The position numbers were made by a program, and so were the translations under genes. A stretch of DNA of 32,000 nucleotides from Candidatus Electrothrix yaqonensis. Lineage in GTDB: Bacteria; Desulfobacterota; Desulfobulbia; Desulfobulbales; Desulfobulbaceae. The stretch is taken from the NCBI GenBank assembly GCA_047651235.1, contig CP178758.1, positions 870,001-902,000 of the forward strand. The letters run 5' to 3'. A model generated the notes under the pieces. That model ran no database searches. It saw nothing but the letters and a program-made list of their open reading frames with translations, and was not told where the DNA came from. Positions 10,304-18,351 of the stretch are shown piece by piece; position 1 is the first letter of the stretch, and each line of letters starts with the position of its first letter.

Positions 10304-10944
10304 CATATGAGTTCCTCAGTTTTTTCTTCGATTCCGATGAGACGACGGTGATGCGCGCAGTGAAACGGATGGAAAAAATCGCGGTACGGGTGATTCATAT
10401 TGAAAAAAAGCGTGAAATCACACGGGAAGATGCGGAATACCTGATAATCGATGCGACGGAGCAGCCGGTTCAGCGCCTGAAGAAAGGACAGAAGAAGTAT
10501 TACAGCGGAAAGAAGGGAAAACACACGCTCGGAACGCAGTTTACCGCCGGTCCCGACGGACGGATTTTTTCGGTTTCGGCGTCGTATCCCGGAAGTGTTC
10601 ATGATTTCAGGATATATAAGGAACAGAAGGGGCGGGAGCGTTTTCACGGTATTCCGAAGAAGGCCGACAGCGGATATCAGGGAATCGCGGCATATGACCG
10701 GCGCGCCGAAATTCCCTTTAAAAAGCCCCGGAACGGTGAACTGACCGCCGAACAGAAGGCATATAATCTTGATTTATCGAAAAAACGTATCAAAGTTGAG
10801 CATGTCATAAGAGAGGTGAAGGTATTTAAAATCATGTCGGAAACATACCGGAACAGGCTTAAAGGCCATAATATAAAGAAAAATATCATATCCGGCATAG
10901 TGAATATGAAGGTTGCGGCACGGAAAATGAAGAAAGCTGCCTGA
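10300..10944 (+). CDS. IS5-family DDE_Tnp_4 transposase catalytic part (orfB)
   Basis: YLIIDATEQPVQR, KKADSGYQG and KKRIKVEHVIREVKVFKI give a D, D, E triad in the Harbinger/DDE_Tnp_4 pattern. The true coding frame opens near 10270 and needs a frameshift from orfA, either programmed or a mutation. Confidence 0.75.
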   Translation: MTYEFLSFFFDSDETTVMRAVKRMEKIAVRVIHIEKKREITREDAEYLIIDATEQPVQRLKKGQKKYYSGKKGKHTLGTQFTAGPDGRIFSVSASYPGSVHDFRIYKEQKGRERFHGIPKKADSGYQGIAAYDRRAEIPFKKPRNGELTAEQKAYNLDLSKKRIKVEHVIREVKVFKIMSETYRNRLKGHNIKKNIISGIVNMKVAARKMKKAA

Positions 10945-11032
10945 AGCGGAAAATTTTGAAAAAGGGAAAAACCTCACCGCCTGAGAAGAACAGGCAGTTC
11001 TGCAGGAGGTCTAAAGCAACATAGGAATTACA

Positions 11033-11074
11033 GGCGGCACTGTCCCTCACGGGATGGTGTCGCTTTTTTTATTT
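11033..11074 (+). terminator. Rho-independent terminator
   Basis: GGCGGCACTGTCCC-tcac-GGGATGGTGTCGC forms a 13-bp stem including 3 G-U pairs, followed by TTTTTTTATTT. It lies just right of the IS5 end and upstream of the EACC1/STAND operon. Confidence 0.55.
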
Positions 11075-11180
11075 TACCAGCTGATGTTACGCAGCCGAAA
11101 CGCAAAATCGGCAGATTCCACGTTTTGGGTGTCTCGTAACTTACTGATTTTTTATTTGCGTGCGTAACATCAGTTACCAG
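11075..11180. repeat. short inverted-repeat element (possible MITE)
   Basis: CTGATGTTACGCA (11081-11093) is the exact complement of TGCGTAACATCAG (11161-11173). It shares the GTTACGCAG string with the termini of the 20402-20519 element. Confidence 0.35.
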
Positions 11181-11375
11181 CTTGGGTTATCTTCTGATCG
11201 GGAAGTATTGTCCATTGCATCATCCGGCCTACCTGCTTTAAGGCATTTCTATCGTTTTTTTCTCCCAATCAAGCTATATTCTTTGTTGAATGTAACTTTT
11301 TGCCGACATGTCTGTACTGTTTAGAACATAAAAAAACAAGCGCAATTTATCCACAATAAATCCTACGAGAAAACC

Positions 11376-11753
11376 ATGAATGCCCATATAAAGTTTAAGG
11401 AAAATTCCCCCTCTGGAGAAAGTTCCTACCGTTTAAATAGTCTTGCAGAGTTTATAGAGCAAGAGGCTGACATCCCCGTGCAACTTGAAAAAGGTGAGCC
11501 CCAAAAGGGGAGTAAAACAGACTTGACTATCGCGCTAAGTATTGCTGGACTAGCCCTGTCTGCGGTTGCAACTCTTGTCTCAGTTCTCTCGTATTGGAAA
11601 TCACAACAACCGAACTACTCGGTTTCAATAAAGTGCGGCAATACGACAATCCAGCTCAATAATGTTTCTTCAGATGAGCTTCAAGCTGTAATCAAAAAAC
11701 TGGAAGAACAAAACCATTCCTCTGACCTAACCGTTCTTCTTGCGGAAGAATAA
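11376..11753 (+). CDS. EACC1-like (effector-associated constant component) single-TM protein
   Basis: 125 aa. N-terminal SSYRLNSLAEFIEQEADIPVQLEKGEPQKG, central TM LTIALSIAGLALSAVATLVSVLSYW, then YSVSIKCGNTTIQLNNVSSDELQAVIKKLEE. This order matches the EACC1 pattern as I recall it. The stop is 3 nt before the next ATG. Confidence 0.6.
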   Translation: MNAHIKFKENSPSGESSYRLNSLAEFIEQEADIPVQLEKGEPQKGSKTDLTIALSIAGLALSAVATLVSVLSYWKSQQPNYSVSIKCGNTTIQLNNVSSDELQAVIKKLEEQNHSSDLTVLLAEE

Positions 11754-11756
11754 CAC

Positions 11757-14700
11757 ATGTCTTCCGCAGAAAATAATCCGAGACGCATAGCTGTTGTTGT
11801 AAACTCTCTGACCGGAGACGAACTGAAAGCTGGCAATAGAGATGTGTCACGCATCTACAGCCTTCTTACAAACCATGAACTCGGGGCATGTTCAATTGAT
11901 AGCCCTAAGCCACTCCATGAATGTAAGAGTTGCAATGAATTAAGGGGGAGTGTTGCACCGGTAATTGAAAACTGGCATTTGACTGACCAGTTTATATTTT
12001 ATTTCTCAGGACATGGAACAGTCCTAAATGGAAGGTATTGTTTGCAATTAGGTGCTTCTTCTGAAATTCTTCCTTTTGACTGCTTAATGATTGACCTAGA
12101 AGTTAAAGGAGTACAACGGGCTATTATCATTCTTGATGCTTGTCATAGTGGTGCCGCAATACAGGGAAGCAAGAATTCTGATATCCTTGCCTCAATCAAT
12201 AAGGGGACTATTCCAAAAGGAATTGCTATCATAGCCTCATCCAGGGCCAGTCAAACAAGTCATGAAATGCCGGATGGCTCGGCGAGTGTTTTTACAGACC
12301 TTTTATGCAACGGTATTGAAACAGGCTTAGATCTGCAATGTACTGCTAACGGGCTGATCTCTGTCGATGACATTGTCTCTTATATCAGCAATAAGCTGAA
12401 AGCAGATAAAAAGTATTCATCATTTCTGCAACAGCCTGTATTCAAGATTGATAAAGCGGAGCGACCTATTTGGCTTGCAAAGAACAAAAGCGGAAAAACC
12501 TCAAAAAATAAAACAACACGCATTCAACAGAACATCAGAACACCAGAGGAACTGAAATTACTCTACGAGAAGACGGTCTATACAGAACATCCCTGCTTGG
12601 GAGCTTCATTGGATGATTTAGATTGGTCATTAGTAGAGAGTTATGCAACGGAACTTGGTGAAGATAAAGGCGACATGCAAGATAGAGAGATTGTGCTCAC
12701 AAAGCTCAAATTTTTCTCTCCCCTTGAAAATAATCCTACATTACATCAGTCAGCTGTACTGTGCTTTGCTATGTATCCAGAGAGGATGTATTCTCAGGCT
12801 AAATCAAATTTTGTCCTTGGAGATCAAGGAGAGGAATCCTTTGAACGACATGAAGTGAAAGGGCCGCTGAGTATTCAGATAGAGGAATTAATAAGAAAGA
12901 CCAAGCAGTCTCTCCGCAAAACGTCATCAATAGCGGATAGCGGAAAACGAGTAGAACAGTACGAGATTGATCAGAATCTAATACGAGAGCTTATCTCTAA
13001 TGCAGTTACTCATAGAGATTACCGATCCAACGGTGTCGTTAAAGTAACCGTTAATTCAGATTATATAGAAATTCAGAGTCCTGGTTCCTTTCCAGGCCAC
13101 TTGTCATGGGCAGAACTTCTCAAGTGTTCAGCTTATCCCGTTTCCAAACCTGTAAACGGAGCAATCTCTCAGTATTTGGCTCAGTTATTGGTATTTGAGG
13201 GAATAGGGCGTGGTTTTCGTATAATTCACAATTACATAACCGAGCATGGCAAGGAGAGCATTAAGTTTAAAGAACTACCTGGCCCGACAACTTCGGTGCG
13301 AATATTACGCCCTCGTGATCGAAATTTTGCTCATGGAGTGGTTACTGCGGCAGGTGAACAAAATATTGTTCAAGGAGCAGGTTCGCTAGGCAGGCAGGTC
13401 AATATTGCTCAAGATGTGAAAGGAGATGGCAATATATTCTCTGGCAGAGCAGAAAATATAACCTATCATCATTATCCCCGTCCTTCTGTTCCCCAACTCT
13501 TTCCGCCGCAAGACGACATCTTTCTTCATCGCGAGGAGGAACTCACTTGGCTGTATGAGCACCTGCATCCTGATAGGGTGGTTGCCATCTGTGGGCCGGG
13601 AGGGATGGGAAAGAGTGCCTTAGCCGCCCATGCGGTGCGTAAGTTACCCGCTGACCGCTTCTCGGACGGTATAGTCTTTCATTCCTTTTATCATCAGCCG
13701 GATACCACAATGGCCCTCCAGACTATTGCTCAAGCTTTTGGTATTGCAGCGGAGGCAGACCTAGAGCAGCTTGTGCGTAATGCCTTGATTGGTAAGCAAG
13801 CTTTGCTCATCCTTGACGGTACAGAAGAGGCTGAGGATCTTCGGGCCGTGTTAGATCTGCGAGGTGGCTGTGGCGTGCTCATCACCACTAGGAAAAAGAG
13901 TGACTCTGGATCACTTCGCCTAGAGTTGTCGCCCCTGTCTGATGACCAAGCTGAAGACATGTTGCGTGCTTGGGGCGAAATCAGTGACAACCAGCAAACC
14001 ATAGAACAGCTCTGTAGTTTGTTGGGTGGTTGGCCCATAGCACTGCGCCTAGCCGGGAACTATTTACGTAGCACCGGCGAGTCTGCAACGGACTACCTAC
14101 GCTGGTTACAGGAGGAGCCGTTCAAAGAGCTGGGGGATAGTGAGGAGCATCAGCGTGACAATGCAACCCTACTGCTCAAGCAGAGCACGGCCCAGGTGGG
14201 GGAGGATGCCCGCCTTGTGCTGGAACTGGCAGGCACCTCGGCTTATGATCTGCTGTCCGTTGCGCCCATGACCGTTCTGCTGGAGGACGATGAACTCCGC
14301 ACCCGCAAGGCCGTGAACGAGCTGGTCAATTACGGCCTGCTGGAACGCCGGGGAGAACGCCTGCATATAGGCCATGCCCTGATCCATGAGTACGCAGCCC
14401 GGAACCTGCCCCTGAGCAGGAAGGCACTGGCGCGGGTGGCCAGCTATTATATAGCTTGGTGCAGGGAACAGAGTGCTGCCGGCGTACCGGGTTATGCCCT
14501 GCTGGATGATGAGCGAACACATTGCCTGCGCCTGATACGTGCCTGTTTGGACAGTGGGCTGTGGCAGGAGGTGAAAGGGTTGGTTGAAGCAATCTCGCAG
14601 TACCTTGACCGGCAGGGTTGGTGGACAGAGCGACTGACCGCCTTGGAGATGCTCCTGACTGCGACCCGCAAGGCTGGCGAACGCATGGATGAAGGAGAAT

Positions 14701-15350
14701 GTCTGAATAACTTGGGCTACACCTGTTGGCGACGCGGGGAGTTTGAGCAGGCTCTTGCATGGCACGAACAAAGCCTGCCCATAATCCGTGAGCTGAGAGA
14801 CCGACAAGGAGAAGGCGTACTTCTGAATGACATTGGCAATATTTATAGAGAACAAGGCAAGTATGAGCAGGCCCTGCAATATTATCAGCAGAGTTTGAGC
14901 ATCCGGCAGGAAGTCGATGACCGGGAGGGGGCAGGGGTCGCACTAAACAATATTGGTCAGCTTTATTATTACCAAGGCAACTACGAGCAAGCCTTGCAGT
15001 ATTATGAGCAATGTTTACCCGTCATGCGAGAAGCAGGCGATAAAATCGGGGAAGGGACAACCCTGAACAACATTGCCACTATCCGCCGTACCCGAGGTGA
15101 GCCGAGCAAGGCTCTGGAGTATCATCAACAAGCCTTGACTATCAGCCGTGAGCTTGGTGACCGGGCCGAAGAAGCACAAAGCTGCTTAAATATCGGTCTT
15201 ACCTATCATGACTTGGACGATCTAGTTCAGGCCGAAGAGCACATTGCCTTGGCTGTGGAGATCGCAGAGGCCATCGGATATCCTGCTTTAGAGGAATGGC
15301 GGGAGGAGTTGGGGAAGGTTCGAGAAAAGCGACAAGACAAAATGATATAA
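11757..15350 (+). CDS. caspase (C14) / AlbA_2-HATPase_c_4-like / NB-ARC STAND NTPase / TPR fusion protein
   Basis: Caspase dyad FYFSGHG (His86, 12012-12014) and ILDACHSG (Cys129, 12141-12143). Middle module with LISNAVTHRDY, IEIQSPG and FEGIGRGFRI. Walker A GPGGMGKS (13593-13616), Walker B LLILDG (Asp687, 13815-13817), LITTRKK, GGWPIALRLAG. Five 40-aa TPR units at the C-terminus. Confidence 0.9.
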   Translation: MSSAENNPRRIAVVVNSLTGDELKAGNRDVSRIYSLLTNHELGACSIDSPKPLHECKSCNELRGSVAPVIENWHLTDQFIFYFSGHGTVLNGRYCLQLGASSEILPFDCLMIDLEVKGVQRAIIILDACHSGAAIQGSKNSDILASINKGTIPKGIAIIASSRASQTSHEMPDGSASVFTDLLCNGIETGLDLQCTANGLISVDDIVSYISNKLKADKKYSSFLQQPVFKIDKAERPIWLAKNKSGKTSKNKTTRIQQNIRTPEELKLLYEKTVYTEHPCLGASLDDLDWSLVESYATELGEDKGDMQDREIVLTKLKFFSPLENNPTLHQSAVLCFAMYPERMYSQAKSNFVLGDQGEESFERHEVKGPLSIQIEELIRKTKQSLRKTSSIADSGKRVEQYEIDQNLIRELISNAVTHRDYRSNGVVKVTVNSDYIEIQSPGSFPGHLSWAELLKCSAYPVSKPVNGAISQYLAQLLVFEGIGRGFRIIHNYITEHGKESIKFKELPGPTTSVRILRPRDRNFAHGVVTAAGEQNIVQGAGSLGRQVNIAQDVKGDGNIFSGRAENITYHHYPRPSVPQLFPPQDDIFLHREEELTWLYEHLHPDRVVAICGPGGMGKSALAAHAVRKLPADRFSDGIVFHSFYHQPDTTMALQTIAQAFGIAAEADLEQLVRNALIGKQALLILDGTEEAEDLRAVLDLRGGCGVLITTRKKSDSGSLRLELSPLSDDQAEDMLRAWGEISDNQQTIEQLCSLLGGWPIALRLAGNYLRSTGESATDYLRWLQEEPFKELGDSEEHQRDNATLLLKQSTAQVGEDARLVLELAGTSAYDLLSVAPMTVLLEDDELRTRKAVNELVNYGLLERRGERLHIGHALIHEYAARNLPLSRKALARVASYYIAWCREQSAAGVPGYALLDDERTHCLRLIRACLDSGLWQEVKGLVEAISQYLDRQGWWTERLTALEMLLTATRKAGERMDEGECLNNLGYTCWRRGEFEQALAWHEQSLPIIRELRDRQGEGVLLNDIGNIYREQGKYEQALQYYQQSLSIRQEVDDREGAGVALNNIGQLYYYQGNYEQALQYYEQCLPVMREAGDKIGEGTTLNNIATIRRTRGEPSKALEYHQQALTISRELGDRAEEAQSCLNIGLTYHDLDDLVQAEEHIALAVEIAEAIGYPALEEWREELGKVREKRQDKMI
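14697..15296 (+). repeat. tandem coding repeat: five ~120-nt TPR units
   Basis: Units begin ECLNNLGYTCW, VLLNDIGNIY, VALNNIGQLYY, TTLNNIATIR and QSCLNIGLTYH, each with a xYEQALQYYxQ-type core and a RExxDRxGEG linker. Confidence 0.7.
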
Positions 15351-15447
15351 GATGGCGGGCGGCGCTGGGACCAGTGTGATATTCATCGCCATGCTGCCTC
15401 AGCACATACGGGCTGCTGTTGAATAAGGCGATGTCTCCTGTGGGGGA

Positions 15448-16293
15448 TCATCGCCTTGTTTCGTCTCTGATCGCCTCAATTTCATCCTTTGATAAACCTG
15501 TCAGGGTTGAGATTAACTGGATATCAAGCCCTTGCTTCAGCCCGTTGCGTACAATTTCTCTCCCCCTTGCAGCCTTTCCCTCTTCATAATAGGTGTCCAT
15601 GGAGCTTTTCAGATCCCAGTAATCTTTTAAACTCTCCTGATAATCCTGTTGTTCCAAGGGATCAAACTTGGCCAGCTCAGCAATCTCAATCAGTCGTTTA
15701 AAAATGCCTGCGGCGAGTTCTTTGGGATGATCTTGGAGGCGATGAAGATTTTTAAAGGCATAGAGCCAGCGGTCATAATCTGAGCGCAGCTCCTCAAGGG
15801 CCTTTTTGAATTTAGGAATCTCCAGATAGATAAAGGTCAATTTATCGTAAAAGACCTGCCTGGTCTCCTGTTCCATCAATTTTACCCGATGATGAAGCTT
15901 GTCCTGATCAGCATCATCAAAACAGAAATCCAGGATGCCGATGGTGTAGACGCTCTTCAGCTCGTATTTCCAGTCTTTACCCTTTGCGGCCTGTTCCTGC
16001 ACGGCAAAGGTGGAATAGTAGAGACTGCGATCTTTGAAGAATTTCTGTTTGACCCGTTGTATCTCAACGATAAATTTCTCGCCCTGTTCATTGGTGCAGT
16101 AGAGGTCAAAGACGGCGTTTCGGTCCCTTGTTGTTTTGCCCAGGCGTTCACCGTTGAGGTAGGTGAGGTGCTTTATCTGTTCTTTATCATCCAGGAGTTC
16201 GTTTAAGAAAGCAATCAGCAGGTCCTTGTTGGGTTCTTCGCCGAAGACCTTTTTGAAGCCGTAATCTGTGAACAGATTGATATAGCGATCCAT
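15448..16293 (-). CDS. Rpn family recombination-promoting nuclease / PD-(D/E)XK putative transposase
   Basis: MDRYINLFTDYGFKKVFGEEPNKDLLIAFLNELL...AVFDLYCTNEQGEKFIVEIQRVKQ...IGILDF is the classic TIGR01784/Rpn-type N-terminus and D...E-x-Q/K nuclease core. Confidence 0.85.
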   Translation of the reverse strand: MDRYINLFTDYGFKKVFGEEPNKDLLIAFLNELLDDKEQIKHLTYLNGERLGKTTRDRNAVFDLYCTNEQGEKFIVEIQRVKQKFFKDRSLYYSTFAVQEQAAKGKDWKYELKSVYTIGILDFCFDDADQDKLHHRVKLMEQETRQVFYDKLTFIYLEIPKFKKALEELRSDYDRWLYAFKNLHRLQDHPKELAAGIFKRLIEIAELAKFDPLEQQDYQESLKDYWDLKSSMDTYYEEGKAARGREIVRNGLKQGLDIQLISTLTGLSKDEIEAIRDETRR

Positions 16294-16392
16294 CTCAGTT
16301 TATAATAGAGTGCTGATTGTCGGTTCACCGCTCAGCTGCGGATCAATTGTACAGTACCCTGCCCGTCGGGACAGGCAGGCCCTGAATCTGAA

Positions 16393-17979
16393 TCAGTTAT
16401 GCTCCCTGGTCTTGTGAAAGACAATATCCGGGAACAGCTCGGCAATGTGATTGAGGCGCCACTGCCCGTCTGCCAGAAAGGCCAGATGACCTTCCGCATC
16501 ATAGGCGAGATTGCCCTGATTTCTGGCCTCAAATGCCTTGAGTTTTTTGGGATCGTCGCAGCTGATCCAGCGTGCCAGGTTGTAGTTGACGGTTTCGTAG
16601 ATTGCATCCACGTTGTATTCGGCCTTGAGCCGGGCCATGGTCACCTCGAACTGCAGCACACCCACAGCACCAAGGATGTAATCGCTGCCCATGATCGGTC
16701 GGAAGAGCTGAACTGCGCCTTCTTCGGCCATCTGCATCAGACCCTTGTGCAGCTGCTTGGTTTTGAGCGGATTTTTCAGCAGCACCCGGCGGAAATGTTC
16801 CGGGGCAAAGTTGGGAATCCCGGTGAATTTAAGCGGTTCCTTGTCCGTAAAGGTATCGCCTATCTTGATGGTCCCGTGATTGTGGATGCCGATGATATCA
16901 CCCGGATAGGCTTCATCCACATTGGTGCGGTCCTGAGCCATAAACACGGTGGCCTTGCTCAGATTCACCTCTTTGCCTAACCGGTGGTGTTTCACCTTCA
17001 TGCCTCTGGTGAACTTGCCGGAACAGATGCGGAAAAAGGCGATCCGGTCCCGATGGGCCGGGTCCATGTTGGCCTGAATTTTAAAGGTGAAGCCGCTGAA
17101 AGTCTCTTCTTCCGGCGAGACCGCACGGGTGATTGCCGCACGGGGGCCGGGAGCTGGCGAGAGCTCGACAAAATTGTCCAGCAGCTCTTTGACCCCGAAA
17201 TTGTTGATGGCGCTGCCGAAAAACACCGGGGTCTGCCCGGCGTTGAGATAGTGTTCGTATTCAAAGGGATCGGCTGCACCCTGGAGCAGTTCGACATCCT
17301 CCCGCAGCTGATCAGCATCATGACCAAGCAGCTCGTCCAGCCGGGGATCATCCAGCCCCCTGACCACCACCCGGTCTTCCGGCCGGGTATTCTGGCTCGG
17401 GGTGAACAGGTTGAGTTCGTTGCGGTTCAGGTCGTACACACCCTTGAAGCCCTTGCCCATACCCACGGGCCAGGAAAGCGGTGCGCACTCGATCTGGAGT
17501 TTTTCTTCAATATCAGCCAGGATATCCAGCGGGTCCATGCCGTCCCGATCCAGCTTGTTGATAAAGGTGATGATCGGGGTGTCGCGCATCCGGCAGACCT
17601 CCATCAGCTTGGTGGTCTGGGCCTCCACGCCCTTGGCCGAATCAATCACCATCAGGGCCGAGTCCACGGCTGTAAGCACCCGGTAGGTGTCCTCGGAAAA
17701 GTCCTGATGGCCCGGAGTGTCCAGTAGGTTGATCTCAAAATCCCGGTAATTGAATTTCATCACCGAGGTGGTCACGGAAATGCCGCGTTCCTGCTCGATG
17801 GACATCCAGTCACTGGTGGCGTGGTTCGCTGTCTTGCGCGATTTGACCGCCCCGGCCATTTTAATGGCCCCGCCGAAGAGAAGGAGCTTTTCCGTCAGGG
17901 TGGTCTTGCCTGCATCCGGGTGGCTGATAATGCCGAAGGTGCGGCGTCGCTGTATTTCTTTTGTCAATCTGCTGCTCAT
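16393..17979 (-). CDS. prfC: peptide chain release factor 3
   Basis: [58 protein letters not shown] and INKLDRDG are translational GTPase motifs in the RF3 arrangement. 528 aa. Confidence 0.95.
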   Translation of the reverse strand: MSSRLTKEIQRRRTFGIISHPDAGKTTLTEKLLLFGGAIKMAGAVKSRKTANHATSDWMSIEQERGISVTTSVMKFNYRDFEINLLDTPGHQDFSEDTYRVLTAVDSALMVIDSAKGVEAQTTKLMEVCRMRDTPIITFINKLDRDGMDPLDILADIEEKLQIECAPLSWPVGMGKGFKGVYDLNRNELNLFTPSQNTRPEDRVVVRGLDDPRLDELLGHDADQLREDVELLQGAADPFEYEHYLNAGQTPVFFGSAINNFGVKELLDNFVELSPAPGPRAAITRAVSPEEETFSGFTFKIQANMDPAHRDRIAFFRICSGKFTRGMKVKHHRLGKEVNLSKATVFMAQDRTNVDEAYPGDIIGIHNHGTIKIGDTFTDKEPLKFTGIPNFAPEHFRRVLLKNPLKTKQLHKGLMQMAEEGAVQLFRPIMGSDYILGAVGVLQFEVTMARLKAEYNVDAIYETVNYNLARWISCDDPKKLKAFEARNQGNLAYDAEGHLAFLADGQWRLNHIAELFPDIVFHKTREHN

Positions 17980-18049
17980 AGAATATCTGTGATAGGGATT
18001 TACCCGGTAAAAATAATGTAGTCAGAACGACCCGCTGCTCATAGCATTG

Positions 18050-18244
18050 TTAATAAAACTCCCAGGCCGTGACGGCCAGCAGCAGGCTCAGCAGCATCGG
18101 CCAGTAGGAGAGTTTGAAGAATATATCCTTCTCTCCAAAGAGACCGTGCCCTTTGCCGAATGAGACCAGGAATCTCTTGGTCGGCGTCATGATCACAGCA
18201 AAATAGATAACAAAAAAGAAATATTCAAGATAAAACAGCTGTCC
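18050..18244 (-). pseudogene. detached C-terminal fragment (M3-M4) of the Cache-pLGIC gene
   Basis: GQLFYLEYFFFVIYFAVIMTPTKRF...YWPMLLSLLLAVTAWEFY* has no start codon of its own. It is in frame with 18352-20269 once the MITE plus one TA is removed. Confidence 0.7.
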
Positions 18245-18351
18245 TATAGCTGGAGCAGTATAAACTGAATACAGGATCAGCTATCTGAAAGGCGTGAAGG
18301 CAAAACTTATGCCTCTTGTGGGCATATTCAAATTATGTTGCTCCAGCTATA
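18245..18351 (+). mobile_element. 107-bp MITE, copy C, inserted in the pLGIC gene
   Basis: Identical to 4079-4185 and flanked by TA. It supplies the TAG stop (18347-18349) of the truncated upstream ORF. Confidence 0.85.

Larger units (their letters stand above)
9979..11013 (+). mobile_element. IS5-family (DDE_Tnp_4 type) insertion sequence, ~1.03 kb
   Basis: Terminal inverted repeats TAGACCTCCTGCAAAAC (9979) and GTTCTGCAGGAGGTCTA (ending 11013), 16/17 complementary. Flanks read TTA/TAA-like. It encloses a two-frame transposase. Confidence 0.75.

Noticed and set aside
9787-10647. 286-aa minus-strand ORF across the IS5-family element
   Set aside because: It is antisense to the DDE_Tnp_4 transposase frames and crosses the IS terminal repeat, so it cannot be a unit of either the IS or the flank.
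14169-14943. 236-aa and 205-aa minus-strand ORFs inside the NB-ARC/TPR region
   Set aside because: They are antisense shadows of the repeat-rich STAND gene, and the sense frame has all the NTPase and TPR motifs.
14697-15296. Regular ~120-nt periodic repeats that might suggest a CRISPR-like or satellite array
   Set aside because: The repeats are in frame within a long ORF and encode canonical TPR units. There is no spacer/repeat structure.
16358-16379. Hairpin CCTGCCCGTC-GG-GACAGGCAGG downstream of prfC as a terminator
   Set aside because: The stem is imperfect and no U-tract follows it on the prfC strand, so it is not convincing enough to annotate.
16399-17727. 193-aa and 247-aa plus-strand ORFs opposite prfC
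   Set aside because: They are antisense to a complete RF3 GTPase and have no motifs of their own.
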